Shown here: positions 55,857-64,000 of the stretch, piece after piece | Numbering within the stretch: the stretch's first letter is position 1 | Layout: the number at the start of each line of letters is the position of its first letter | IMG/VR virus record: IMGVR_UViG_3300001472_000003 | Span: 32,001 to 96,000 of that record | DNA: 64,000 nt | From: a virus | Strand: one strand, 5' to 3' | The notes under the pieces: model-generated | Seen by the model: only the letters and a program-made list of their open reading frames with translations | Database searches by the model: none | Told to the model about the DNA's origin: nothing | Position numbers and translations under genes: made by a program

Positions 55857-56917
55857 ATTGTATTAAGTGCTTCCGTATATAATTCTCTCATTAATTTTGA
55901 TAATGCTATTTTATCTGTCTCATCATTAGTAATTGATTCGACATACTTGTCTAATATAGTTAATGTGTCTTCTGCTTCATCTATAAGACTATTATCATCT
56001 TCCATATCAAGATTTAAATGGTCTTCTACAACCTGTAGATGTGCTGGGTTTGACTTTTCTATTTGTTCTACATACATATCAAACCAATATGGATTTGATT
56101 TTTCTTTTACAATAAGCTTAATGAAACAATCATTTAAATGGCTGAAATCTTCAGTTACTGAAGAGGTTGGATCAATATCACTATCACTATACCATATTTT
56201 ATGATATATTCTATGTGTATTTTCAATAAATGTTAATTCACGTGTATCTGTATCAAATATATGAAATCCTCTTTTATCATTCCAATCAGACCACGTCATT
56301 TCATATGGTGCACCTAGATATGATATATTGCCTTTAGTCGATTTATGATGGTAATGTCCTGTATATACAATATCAAATTTTTTAAAAATATCTGCTTCAT
56401 ATCCATGATCACTAACTGATCCTTTAAACCATTCAAATCCAATAAGTTCTAAATGACCCATAAGTACTTGTGCTTTTGTATTGTTTATATGGTCAAAGCA
56501 TAATTGCTGATTGTCTGTTGCTATCCATGGCATTAAACAAATATCTAATCCATCAATATTAATATCAGTAGGATTTTTATATGATATAATATTTTTATAT
56601 CCAGACAATAATAAATCTACACTATTACAATCATTAGTATTTTTAAAATAATCATTGTGATTGCCAACTAATGAATGTAATGTAATATTATTATTTTCTA
56701 ACTTGTCGTAGAACATTTCTTTTGCAGACTGTAAAGAAAAATAATTAATATATTTTCTTCTATCAAATGAGTCGCCTAAGTCTATTACTGTATCTATATT
56801 ATATGATTTTATTGTAGGAAAAAATATATTGTCATAAAATTTTTTATAATAATTAATAAACTTTACATTATCATTTCTTACACCAAAATGTTGGTCAGTT
56901 ATTAGCGCTATCTTCAT
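55853..56917 (-). CDS. 47: Recombination nuclease subunit (gp47, SbcD/Mre11-like)
   Basis: TDQHFG, LGDSFD, GNH, GHLE, GHYH. Confidence 0.95.
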   Translation of the reverse strand: MKIALITDQHFGVRNDNVKFINYYKKFYDNIFFPTIKSYNIDTVIDLGDSFDRRKYINYFSLQSAKEMFYDKLENNNITLHSLVGNHNDYFKNTNDCNSVDLLLSGYKNIISYKNPTDINIDGLDICLMPWIATDNQQLCFDHINNTKAQVLMGHLELIGFEWFKGSVSDHGYEADIFKKFDIVYTGHYHHKSTKGNISYLGAPYEMTWSDWNDKRGFHIFDTDTRELTFIENTHRIYHKIWYSDSDIDPTSSVTEDFSHLNDCFIKLIVKEKSNPYWFDMYVEQIEKSNPAHLQVVEDHLNLDMEDDNSLIDEAEDTLTILDKYVESITNDETDKIALSKLMRELYTEALNTI

Positions 56918-57455
56918 TTACTAAAACTCCACTGTCTTTAATTAATCTAACTCGTCTTTGTTCTTTTTTTTCTGCTTCTTTATCTTCATAATTTTTAATA
57001 AAGTCTGTCATGTATTCATTTTTCAAATCAACATAAGCAGGTTTTACCGCTTCGTCCATATGTTCAGATTGTGAGACTATTGTATTAAGTATCATACTAT
57101 TTTCTACAAACTTATGTCTAACATACATTTGTTTCTTTTCTTTTTGTATTCGTCTAAGAAATGCAAAATATATTATTTGTGTAAAATATGCAAACGGGTT
57201 TGATGATTTATCTGGGTTAAAATTATTTAAATAATTAATACAATTTTCGAGACCATCTGAAATCATTTCTTCTCTAAAGGTATAATTAATAAAATTAGGC
57301 TTCCTAGATAATCTATTTGCTATTTGATGTAGACACACTCCGACATATTCGGGTACCCTAGGAGCAGGCTTCTCAGCTTTCTCCGCTTCTAATCTTTTAT
57401 TTCGATGTTCAACAAGAACAGCAAATAATTTTTTATTATCTACATAATGTGCCAT
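56895..57455 (-). CDS. 55: Late-transcription sigma factor (gp55)
   Basis: HYVDNK, PNFINYT, NPFAYFTQI..FAFLRRI.KEKKQ. Confidence 0.95.
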   Translation of the reverse strand: MAHYVDNKKLFAVLVEHRNKRLEAEKAEKPAPRVPEYVGVCLHQIANRLSRKPNFINYTFREEMISDGLENCINYLNNFNPDKSSNPFAYFTQIIYFAFLRRIQKEKKQMYVRHKFVENSMILNTIVSQSEHMDEAVKPAYVDLKNEYMTDFIKNYEDKEAEKKEQRRVRLIKDSGVLVNEDSANN

Positions 57456-57463
57456 TTTATTTC

Positions 57464-57892
57464 CTAATTTAATTTATTCTTATCTATTTTTAATAATTCA
57501 AAGAATGCTTCGAGATCATTTTTATCTGGAGATGCACTTTTTTGTTTATTATTATTATTATAACCTTTTTCTTGATTAGTGTCAACATAAATATCCGCAT
57601 CATCAAATTCTTTATTTACAACAGTGTTATATTGATCTATTATAGTATCATGTATGTTAGTATAACTATTGATAATAAATTTAGGATTTATAGTTACTGT
57701 ATCGCCTTTTTTTATTTTACCAAATGCTTGCCAAGGACCAACTAAAGCATAGACAATTCTTTGACCATTATTGTTCAGTATATATAACCACGGGTCTTCT
57801 ATGACAAGTAAATCGCCAGTATATGCTGGATTTTTAGCAATAATGTTCTCCCCATTGCTTAATTTTAAACAAATATATTTTTCATTTAACAT
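57464..57892 (-). CDS. Hypothetical protein (Sm-like N-terminus)
   Basis: LKLSNGENIIA; sits between uvsW and gp55. Confidence 0.55.
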   Translation of the reverse strand: MLNEKYICLKLSNGENIIAKNPAYTGDLLVIEDPWLYILNNNGQRIVYALVGPWQAFGKIKKGDTVTINPKFIINSYTNIHDTIIDQYNTVVNKEFDDADIYVDTNQEKGYNNNNKQKSASPDKNDLEAFFELLKIDKNKLN

Positions 57893-57894
57893 TG

Positions 57895-59361
57895 TTATAC
57901 CTTTATTTTTATTGTATAAATTTTATATTCAAACTTCTCTTCATTATAGGTTTTAATTCGTTCTGCGAAGTGTTGTATAGTATAATTGTGTTTACTCTTA
58001 TGTGTTAAATCATCTGCTATATCATAAAGGGTTGCAGATGATTTTGAATCGCTTTTACGTAAACCTCTACCGATTGATTGTAGATTTCGTATTCTTGATT
58101 TAGTTGGGCTAGCAAAAACAATATTATGAAGATTCTTAATATTTATACCTGTCGAAAAGGTGCCATATGATGCAACTATTATCGCATCAGATTCTTCCTC
58201 AACTAATGCCCTTATGTCTTCTCTAATATTGGCTTTTATATCACCAGAGACATAATGTAATTGTCTTTGAAATAATGCTTTATCTATTTCATCTTTAATA
58301 TCTTTAAAAAGTATTTTACCATGTTTATCTACAAATTGAAATAGTAAAAGTGTATTACCTTTTAATGACATCACAAGATTTTTAATAAATGTATTTCTTG
58401 CATTAAGCCTAACAATATAATCCATTTCTTCTGCATAAGTTGATTTGGATAATAACTTTCTTATCTCAGTAGGATATTGTAATACTAAAGCTTTAATTTT
58501 AAAGTCAGCTAAATGCCCTTGACCAATTAATTCAGATGATGTAGTAACTTTTTTTACTGCACCAAATAATCCTTCTAATACAAGTTTATGAGTTTGAGTG
58601 CCATCTAGTGTTCCCGTAAATCCAAATCTATATTTACAATTTTCTAACTTTGTCATTATAGCTGTTAATGATTTTGATTTGAATAAATGAGCTTCATCGC
58701 CAACAACTACATCGAAATCTCTAAACCATGCTTTAGGTTGTTTAAATATTGATTGCCATGTTGTTATAACAATAGGTGTATTAATACTTTCTTTCCATTC
58801 TTTAGATTCTGTTCCTGTAATTACTGTGCATTCACCTTCATAACCATATTCTTTAAAATCAGTTTTCATTTGATATACTAAGGATGTTGTGGGAACTATA
58901 ATTAGTTTAATACCATCATAATATTGTGTTAACAGATATATTATTAATGATTTACCGGATGCTGTGGGTGATAGTAATAATGATCTATTAAATCTAATAG
59001 CATGCATAAAAGCTTTTATTTGATAATCTCTTGGCATATATTTTAAATTTAATGATTGTATAAAGGTGCTAGCATCACTTTCTGAGAAGGTATTGCCACC
59101 CAACATATCATCAAGTTCTACCGCATAATCTCTTTCTTTAGCAAATGTATATATGTAATACTGTAGACCTGCGTATATTAATTGTGTGGCTGGGTTATAT
59201 AATCTTATTTTTCCATCCCACATTTTATTACGGACTGATGGTATAAATTGTGCACCGGGAATTGTAAATGTAAAATATTCACTTAATTCATATCCAAGAC
59301 TTGGTTCTACGTCTAACTTAATAAAAACTTCATTATAATAATTTATTTTAATATCTATCAT
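57895..59361 (-). CDS. uvsW: SF2 helicase UvsW
   Basis: WDGKIRL, SPTASGKS, DEAH, TGT, QSIGR.LR. Confidence 0.96.
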   Translation of the reverse strand: MIDIKINYYNEVFIKLDVEPSLGYELSEYFTFTIPGAQFIPSVRNKMWDGKIRLYNPATQLIYAGLQYYIYTFAKERDYAVELDDMLGGNTFSESDASTFIQSLNLKYMPRDYQIKAFMHAIRFNRSLLLSPTASGKSLIIYLLTQYYDGIKLIIVPTTSLVYQMKTDFKEYGYEGECTVITGTESKEWKESINTPIVITTWQSIFKQPKAWFRDFDVVVGDEAHLFKSKSLTAIMTKLENCKYRFGFTGTLDGTQTHKLVLEGLFGAVKKVTTSSELIGQGHLADFKIKALVLQYPTEIRKLLSKSTYAEEMDYIVRLNARNTFIKNLVMSLKGNTLLLFQFVDKHGKILFKDIKDEIDKALFQRQLHYVSGDIKANIREDIRALVEEESDAIIVASYGTFSTGINIKNLHNIVFASPTKSRIRNLQSIGRGLRKSDSKSSATLYDIADDLTHKSKHNYTIQHFAERIKTYNEEKFEYKIYTIKIKV

Positions 59362-59792
59362 ATACCTACTTTAAATTTTTCCCAATCAATTGCAGACTTA
59401 ATATTAAATCCTCTATTAACAAGAGACTTAATAACATTCTCTAAAAAATCTACTTTCTCTTTAGCTAAAGCAGTTTTCATATTGTGTTCTATTATTTGAT
59501 TGTCAGAATCAATATATAGTGAGAGATCTTGTTTTATTATTTTAAGTGGATTAGGTTCCCATCCAAGTTCATTCAATTCAGTATGATCCATATGGCCTTG
59601 AAAATAATCCCATTTTTGTTTATATAATCTTTTATAATCTATTTCTAATTTTCTTAATTTTAATCTTTCATAAGAAAACATTTTATAATATTTAGAATGT
59701 AGCTGTGGTATTTTTAATGATTCTTCACCTAACTCAGTTCTATCGATGTTAGAATCATTTGACCAAGCTTCCATTATCTCTTCCATTGTCAT
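59358..59792 (-). CDS. uvsY: Recombination mediator UvsY
   Basis: W..DS.ID, IPQLHSKY, RGFNIKSAIDW.KF. Confidence 0.92.
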   Translation of the reverse strand: MTMEEIMEAWSNDSNIDRTELGEESLKIPQLHSKYYKMFSYERLKLRKLEIDYKRLYKQKWDYFQGHMDHTELNELGWEPNPLKIIKQDLSLYIDSDNQIIEHNMKTALAKEKVDFLENVIKSLVNRGFNIKSAIDWEKFKVGI

Positions 59793-59851
59793 AGAGGCTC
59801 CATTACGAAATTATACTTTTTAATTTATAATAACATATTATGAGGTAAATG

Positions 59852-60379
59852 TCACGTTATTTTTTTGATTTCGAAAAGATTATATCTAAAAGATGCGGTT
59901 GCTTCAACATATGGAATATCTTGTGCTCTATTGTCAAATTGCAAGTCTCCTATACTGACTGGATATAATTGAGAGAATACAGCTGCTATATTTGAATTAT
60001 TATGGCTAGTCATAATTGTTAAAGTACCATCTGCATATATTCCTTCTCCGGTACCATCTGCAGATTTTTGAATAGCTTTATATTGATCAAAGTTTTCAGG
60101 ATATCCTACAGCAACTATCCAATTATATAACTCAAGATAATTTGTCATATCTTCGTCAACCATAAAGGTTATCATCAACTCTCCGAATGTTATATGGTCA
60201 CCTGGAATTGGTATTTTAAGAAATGGTGTATCTTGTCCTTGTGTTTCTCCTAATGACACACTAGGCAAATTAACAGATTGACACATAAATGAAGTATATG
60301 GCAATTTTTTAATATCCAATCTATATTTTAAACTGGAAAGAAAATTTTTATTTGGTGGTGAGGAGGTTAACACACTCAT
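59852..60379 (-). CDS. Tail completion/sheath stabiliser (gp3-like)
   Basis: NFLS, QSVNLP, PGD, F.VDEDM.NY.E...W, LYPVS; located after gp23. Confidence 0.8.
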   Translation of the reverse strand: MSVLTSSPPNKNFLSSLKYRLDIKKLPYTSFMCQSVNLPSVSLGETQGQDTPFLKIPIPGDHITFGELMITFMVDEDMTNYLELYNWIVAVGYPENFDQYKAIQKSADGTGEGIYADGTLTIMTSHNNSNIAAVFSQLYPVSIGDLQFDNRAQDIPYVEATASFRYNLFEIKKIT

Positions 60380-60624
60380 TATTGCAATTCCTTTATTTTA
60401 TTATACAATTTTAAAGCATTCTCTTCATTTATACACTTTATCGAAATACTTGAAATACTTTCATGTGAGAAATTCTTTACTAATTGTAATTCTAAATTAG
60501 ATTTATATTTTTCTAGATAATTATTACAATTCTCATTATTTGTGAATGTTAAACCCCCATGTATTTTTATATCGGGCGATGGTTTATTTGTATAAATTAC
60601 TAGTGCTAATAAAAACCATTTCAT
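60379..60624 (-). CDS. Hypothetical protein
   Basis: MKWFLLALV start; two Cys. Confidence 0.5.
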   Translation of the reverse strand: MKWFLLALVIYTNKPSPDIKIHGGLTFTNNENCNNYLEKYKSNLELQLVKNFSHESISSISIKCINEENALKLYNKIKELQ

Positions 60625-60664
60625 ATTATAATTTCCTTGTATTTTTATACATATATTTATGCAT

Positions 60665-60688
60665 AAAAAAAGGTGGCCAAAGCCACCC
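60665..60688 (-). terminator. Intrinsic terminator after the major capsid gene
   Basis: GGTGGC-TTTG-GCCACC followed by T7. Confidence 0.88.
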
Positions 60689-60710
60689 TTATTTATTCTG
60701 TAATCAGAAA

Positions 60711-62024
60711 TTACATGATATTTGATACCATAACTCTTCTGTAATATACGTTAGAGTCTTTAGTCAATGCACCATTACCGGCAGAGGCACCATCAGCAAA
60801 AGGATTAGCTACAACACCATAACGTGTTTTAAAGCCTATCTTAGGTTGAAATGTGTTCTCTCCAACTGCACGAACCATTTGCAATGGAACGTATGGGCAA
60901 TAGAATAAACCAGCATCAAATGCACTAGAACCTTTATATCCTAATGTATAATAGTTACCTGTTGTATACGGATCAATGTATACTCTATATCTACCATTAA
61001 GAACTCCAGCAAATGTATTTCCTGTGTCATCTATGTCTAAGTTGTTGCTATTTAAAGCAGGTGTGTAATCTAAAACACCAGCCATTTGTAATGCAGAAGC
61101 TACATCAGAAGAACAAATTAATACGTTTCCTTTGCCTCTTCTTGTATCTTTAGCAATCTGGTTAGCATCTCTTTCAATATTGAACATTAGTCCTTTGAAT
61201 TTTTCAACTGACCATCTACCATTTGAATCAGTATCAAGATCAAAAGTACCAGCAGTTGTTGTATCTGTCTGTGCACCCTGCTTAGCAGTAATGTTGATAG
61301 TTCTAATGATTTCTCTATTGATTTCAGCTAAGATTTCTGTAGAAAGAATATTTGATAATTCTGTCTCAGCATCTAAACCATGGATAGCTTTTAAGTCTTG
61401 AGCTAATTCCATTGTATACTCAGCTTTAAGAGCTCTTGAACCTGCTGTTACGGATACCTTCTCAATTGAAAAAGCCATTTCAGCAAATGCAGCGTTTCCA
61501 GATGAACCTAATGCTTCAGCTTGTGCTGTAGGCATTGCATCTGCGAAGTTGTATAAACCAGCTTCTGCGTTATTAGCAGTTGCAGGTGCACTTCCAACAT
61601 TTTTATCACCAAGTGTATTAGCACCTGCGGATACAGTTGAGAATGCTGAATCTGATTCATTATAGAAAACTTCATTACCTGACTGATTAGTTTGTCTTGA
61701 ACGCATTGCAAAGATTAATCCTGTTGGACCAGTCATTGGCTGTACGCCACATAAATCATATGCTACTAGGTTTGGCATAGCTCTTCTTACTAAGCTAATT
61801 AAAACTGGATCATATGTATCAATGCCAGAACCACCTACGCCAGCGTTGGCAGGTGTTTCATTTAAAAGTGATTGTGATGAAAAAGCAGACCCTTCCTTAA
61901 GAGCTACTTCAGTGTTCTCAAGTAGTTGAGCTGTAACAGACCTTTTATGGGCATCTTTGATCTCAGGTAGATCGGTATGCTCAATTATTGGCTGCCACTT
62001 TTTTGATAGTGTTTCTGTTAACAT
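60711..62024 (-). CDS. 23: Major capsid protein (gp23)
   Basis: DPVLISLVRR, GVQPMTGPTGLIFAMR, ELAQDLKAIHGLDAE, FQPKIGFKTRYG. Confidence 0.98.
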   Translation of the reverse strand: MLTETLSKKWQPIIEHTDLPEIKDAHKRSVTAQLLENTEVALKEGSAFSSQSLLNETPANAGVGGSGIDTYDPVLISLVRRAMPNLVAYDLCGVQPMTGPTGLIFAMRSRQTNQSGNEVFYNESDSAFSTVSAGANTLGDKNVGSAPATANNAEAGLYNFADAMPTAQAEALGSSGNAAFAEMAFSIEKVSVTAGSRALKAEYTMELAQDLKAIHGLDAETELSNILSTEILAEINREIIRTINITAKQGAQTDTTTAGTFDLDTDSNGRWSVEKFKGLMFNIERDANQIAKDTRRGKGNVLICSSDVASALQMAGVLDYTPALNSNNLDIDDTGNTFAGVLNGRYRVYIDPYTTGNYYTLGYKGSSAFDAGLFYCPYVPLQMVRAVGENTFQPKIGFKTRYGVVANPFADGASAGNGALTKDSNVYYRRVMVSNIM

Positions 62025-62066
62025 TTGTCTCTCCCTTAATTAACAGTTAAGTTTAACCGAAATTAT

Positions 62067-63098
62067 TTATCTTTTTACGGTTCTTGTAATGGCGGCGGCA
62101 TAATGTGACATTGTAGGATCACTAGATACCTTCACTGTCTCTTCTTCCAATTCGATAGGCTCTTCGTCTACTGACTCAGTGACCAATTGCTTTTCACCAA
62201 AATAATTTTCTTTAATAATAGATACTTTTTTAGAAAAAGTCTCAACATCATCAGCTTCAATTCCTTCGACTAATGATTGTAACTTTTCTTTTTGTGTATC
62301 AACTAAACCGTCTGCTGCTTCAATAACAATATCTTTTTTCTGATATGATTCAACAGTCTGTTGTAAAGAAATTTTATCTTCAATTTCTTTATTAAGTTTA
62401 GATTCTGTTTCTTCTAAAGTAGTAGCTAATTCTGCAGCTATATCTAACTTTTCATCAGAAACCTCAATATGGTTTTCAACGAAAAGTCTCTTTAAACCAG
62501 ACATTAGACTTTCAGCTATTTCTACTTTAAAATTAGATTCTATTGCTACTTCATTTTGATTGACCCATTCTTCAGTAACATAGTTGAGATAATGATCTAC
62601 TCTTGTAGCTGTATCTTCTTCTATTTCCTTTTTCATTTCATCAATCTTTGATTCGAATTCTTCTTCTACTCTAGCTGTTTCTGCAATTACTTTTGCATTA
62701 ACTGCTGCAGCGAAAATGGTTTCAGCTTTATCTCTAAAATCTTCAGATAACTCTGTACCAAAAATGTCATCAATATCTTCTTTGTATGATACTGATTTTG
62801 CATCTCCTTTAGTTTTAATAGAACCTGCATTTTTACCCATCATAGCATCATATGCAGTCTTAAGAACAGTTTTGTTCATTTTGTTTAGATGCGACATTGC
62901 TGATGCTAGCATTTGTGATTTTGTTTGTCCAGGTGTCTTATCATCGATTTTAGGCGTAGATTTATCACCAGCAGACTTATCAGCTTTTCTTGAATTGTTT
63001 TTTGTTGCAGTAGGCTCAGGCACTTCTGAAGGCTCACCAGTGGCCTTGAACTCGTCGAGCTGCTCGTCCTCTACAATTTGCTCTTTTTCCTCAGACAT
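62067..63098 (-). CDS. 22: Prohead core scaffold (gp22)
   Basis: LSEDF..KA.TIF.AAV, YL.YV.EEW...N..A, acidic coiled coil; synteny. Confidence 0.9.
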   Translation of the reverse strand: MSEEKEQIVEDEQLDEFKATGEPSEVPEPTATKNNSRKADKSAGDKSTPKIDDKTPGQTKSQMLASAMSHLNKMNKTVLKTAYDAMMGKNAGSIKTKGDAKSVSYKEDIDDIFGTELSEDFRDKAETIFAAAVNAKVIAETARVEEEFESKIDEMKKEIEEDTATRVDHYLNYVTEEWVNQNEVAIESNFKVEIAESLMSGLKRLFVENHIEVSDEKLDIAAELATTLEETESKLNKEIEDKISLQQTVESYQKKDIVIEAADGLVDTQKEKLQSLVEGIEADDVETFSKKVSIIKENYFGEKQLVTESVDEEPIELEEETVKVSSDPTMSHYAAAITRTVKR

Positions 63099-63132
63099 TT
63101 AAAGACTCCCTTTTAAAGTAAATATCTCATAG

Positions 63133-63140
63133 TATTTATA
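63133..63140 (-). promoter_or_regulatory. Late promoter TATAAATA
   Basis: Exact consensus upstream of gp22-gp23. Confidence 0.85.
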
Positions 63141-63143
63141 CAT

Positions 63144-63797
63144 TTATGAAATTAGCGATTTCAGAAACTTATCAAACAGTTTGAGCGATTGCTCGTTGAG
63201 CTCTTTTACAGAACGATTACCTGTCTCCAGAATTTCTTCAACTACTTGTTGTGCTTTCCAACTTCCATCTATATTGATCCATTCTACACCTTCCATAATG
63301 CCCTTTACAAAGGCATCTGGCGCTGAAGGATCAGCAACGATATCAGCTGCTGTGGCAAGATGAAAATCACCTTGTACTTGCATGGTTCCATTTTTTTCTT
63401 TTAATGAACCCATTCCTCTTGAAGAGACTGCTAATTCGCAATCTTCCTTCATTAAATTTTTAACGATTGTGCCGTATGGTGTTTCCATTATTTTAGCTTT
63501 TCCAATAATATTTGACCCATCAGGCTTTAGAGAGGTTATTTTATGTGAAACTCTTTCTAAGTTAATGGTCGGTCCACTAGGATGCCCTAGTTCACCAAAG
63601 GCTCTATTTTTTAATACCATTTCTTTATTGTATCTGGCTGTCTCGTTCACCAACACTTCTGCTGGATACATCCTGCCATTACGATTTTTAATATCGCCTT
63701 GCATAAAGATACCTTCGATAAAAAAGCTTTTTTCACCTTGATCATTTTCTTCTTGAAGAACTTTTACATCTTCAACACGCTCAGTAAAAAGTTTCAT
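63144..63797 (-). CDS. 21: Prohead protease (gp21)
   Basis: IEGIFMQ, NRNGR.Y, GELGHP, VSSRG.GS, DIVADPSAPDA. Confidence 0.96.
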   Translation of the reverse strand: MKLFTERVEDVKVLQEENDQGEKSFFIEGIFMQGDIKNRNGRMYPAEVLVNETARYNKEMVLKNRAFGELGHPSGPTINLERVSHKITSLKPDGSNIIGKAKIMETPYGTIVKNLMKEDCELAVSSRGMGSLKEKNGTMQVQGDFHLATAADIVADPSAPDAFVKGIMEGVEWINIDGSWKAQQVVEEILETGNRSVKELNEQSLKLFDKFLKSLIS

Positions 63798-63806
63798 TAT
63801 ACTCTC

Positions 63807-64000
63807 CTATTGTATAACACTAGCAACGAAATCTAACATTTTATCAAATGATTCTTCGCTTTCTTCTAAATGATTAATAAAAATTTCTTTATTATCATCA
63901 GTCAATTCTTCTGCTACTGCTATTAATTTAGCTGCTGTCTCAGAGTCTACTTCAATTGTCTCGCCATTTTTAAATGTTAATTCTAAAGCTGAGTCTGATT
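63807..64000 (-). CDS. C-terminal part of an acidic head-cluster protein (5' end outside window)
   Basis: Open frame ...LTFKNGETIEVDSETAAKL...FDKMLDFVASVIQ*. Confidence 0.55.
   Translation of the reverse strand, partial: SDSALELTFKNGETIEVDSETAAKLIAVAEELTDDNKEIFINHLEESEESFDKMLDFVASVIQ

Noticed and set aside
14054-61711. Short minus-strand ORFs nested in other frames (14054, 27476, 34461, 35229, 61508)
   Set aside because: They lie largely or wholly inside conserved genes and have no independent signals
213-63741. All plus-strand ORFs in the track (e.g. 213-407, 29555-29968, 62716-63102)
   Set aside because: They are antisense shadows of well-supported minus-strand genes, with no recognisable motifs
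1-64000. tRNA genes, introns/inteins in nrdA, nrdB, gp43 or gp41, and stop-codon reassignment
   Set aside because: No cloverleaf or T-loop seen in the few intergenic gaps; core genes are normal length and uninterrupted in the standard code (by eye; tRNAscan not run)

Overview
The window is a 64 kb, AT-rich segment of a T4-like myovirus genome, probably marine. A proteobacterial host is inferred from the IscA, Hsp20, RpoH-like promoter and ROSE-like signals; no photosynthesis genes are present. Essentially all genes lie on the minus strand. In order of transcription the segment holds head genes (gp21, gp22, gp23), gp3, uvsY/uvsW, gp55, gp47/46, a degenerate peptide deformylase, and a 7-deazaguanine cluster (queE, queD, folE, two TGT/DpdA-like genes, DUF3310, queC, Gat, dcd/dut, glycosyltransferase) that is interrupted by denV and orphan genes. 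Next come the replisome (gp45, 44, 62, regA, 43, uvsX, 41, 61), an hsp20 module, lysozyme and holin-like genes, late/internal-head genes, thyX, nrdAB, glutaredoxin, RuvC-like, iscA, rnh, PAAR, phoH, and three paralogous tail/receptor-binding proteins. The main signals outside the ORF track are: (1) a glnA-type glutamine riboswitch upstream of an unannotated 34-aa peptide; (2) a tandem hairpin pair with different stems and near-identical loops in the late 5' UTR of the cytidyltransferase-like gene; (3) an RpoH-like promoter plus ROSE-like thermometer on hsp20; (4) several proteins with T4 capsid-targeting-like N-termini, including a nuclease and a HAD phosphatase. All calls come from reading motifs by eye; no database searches were run.
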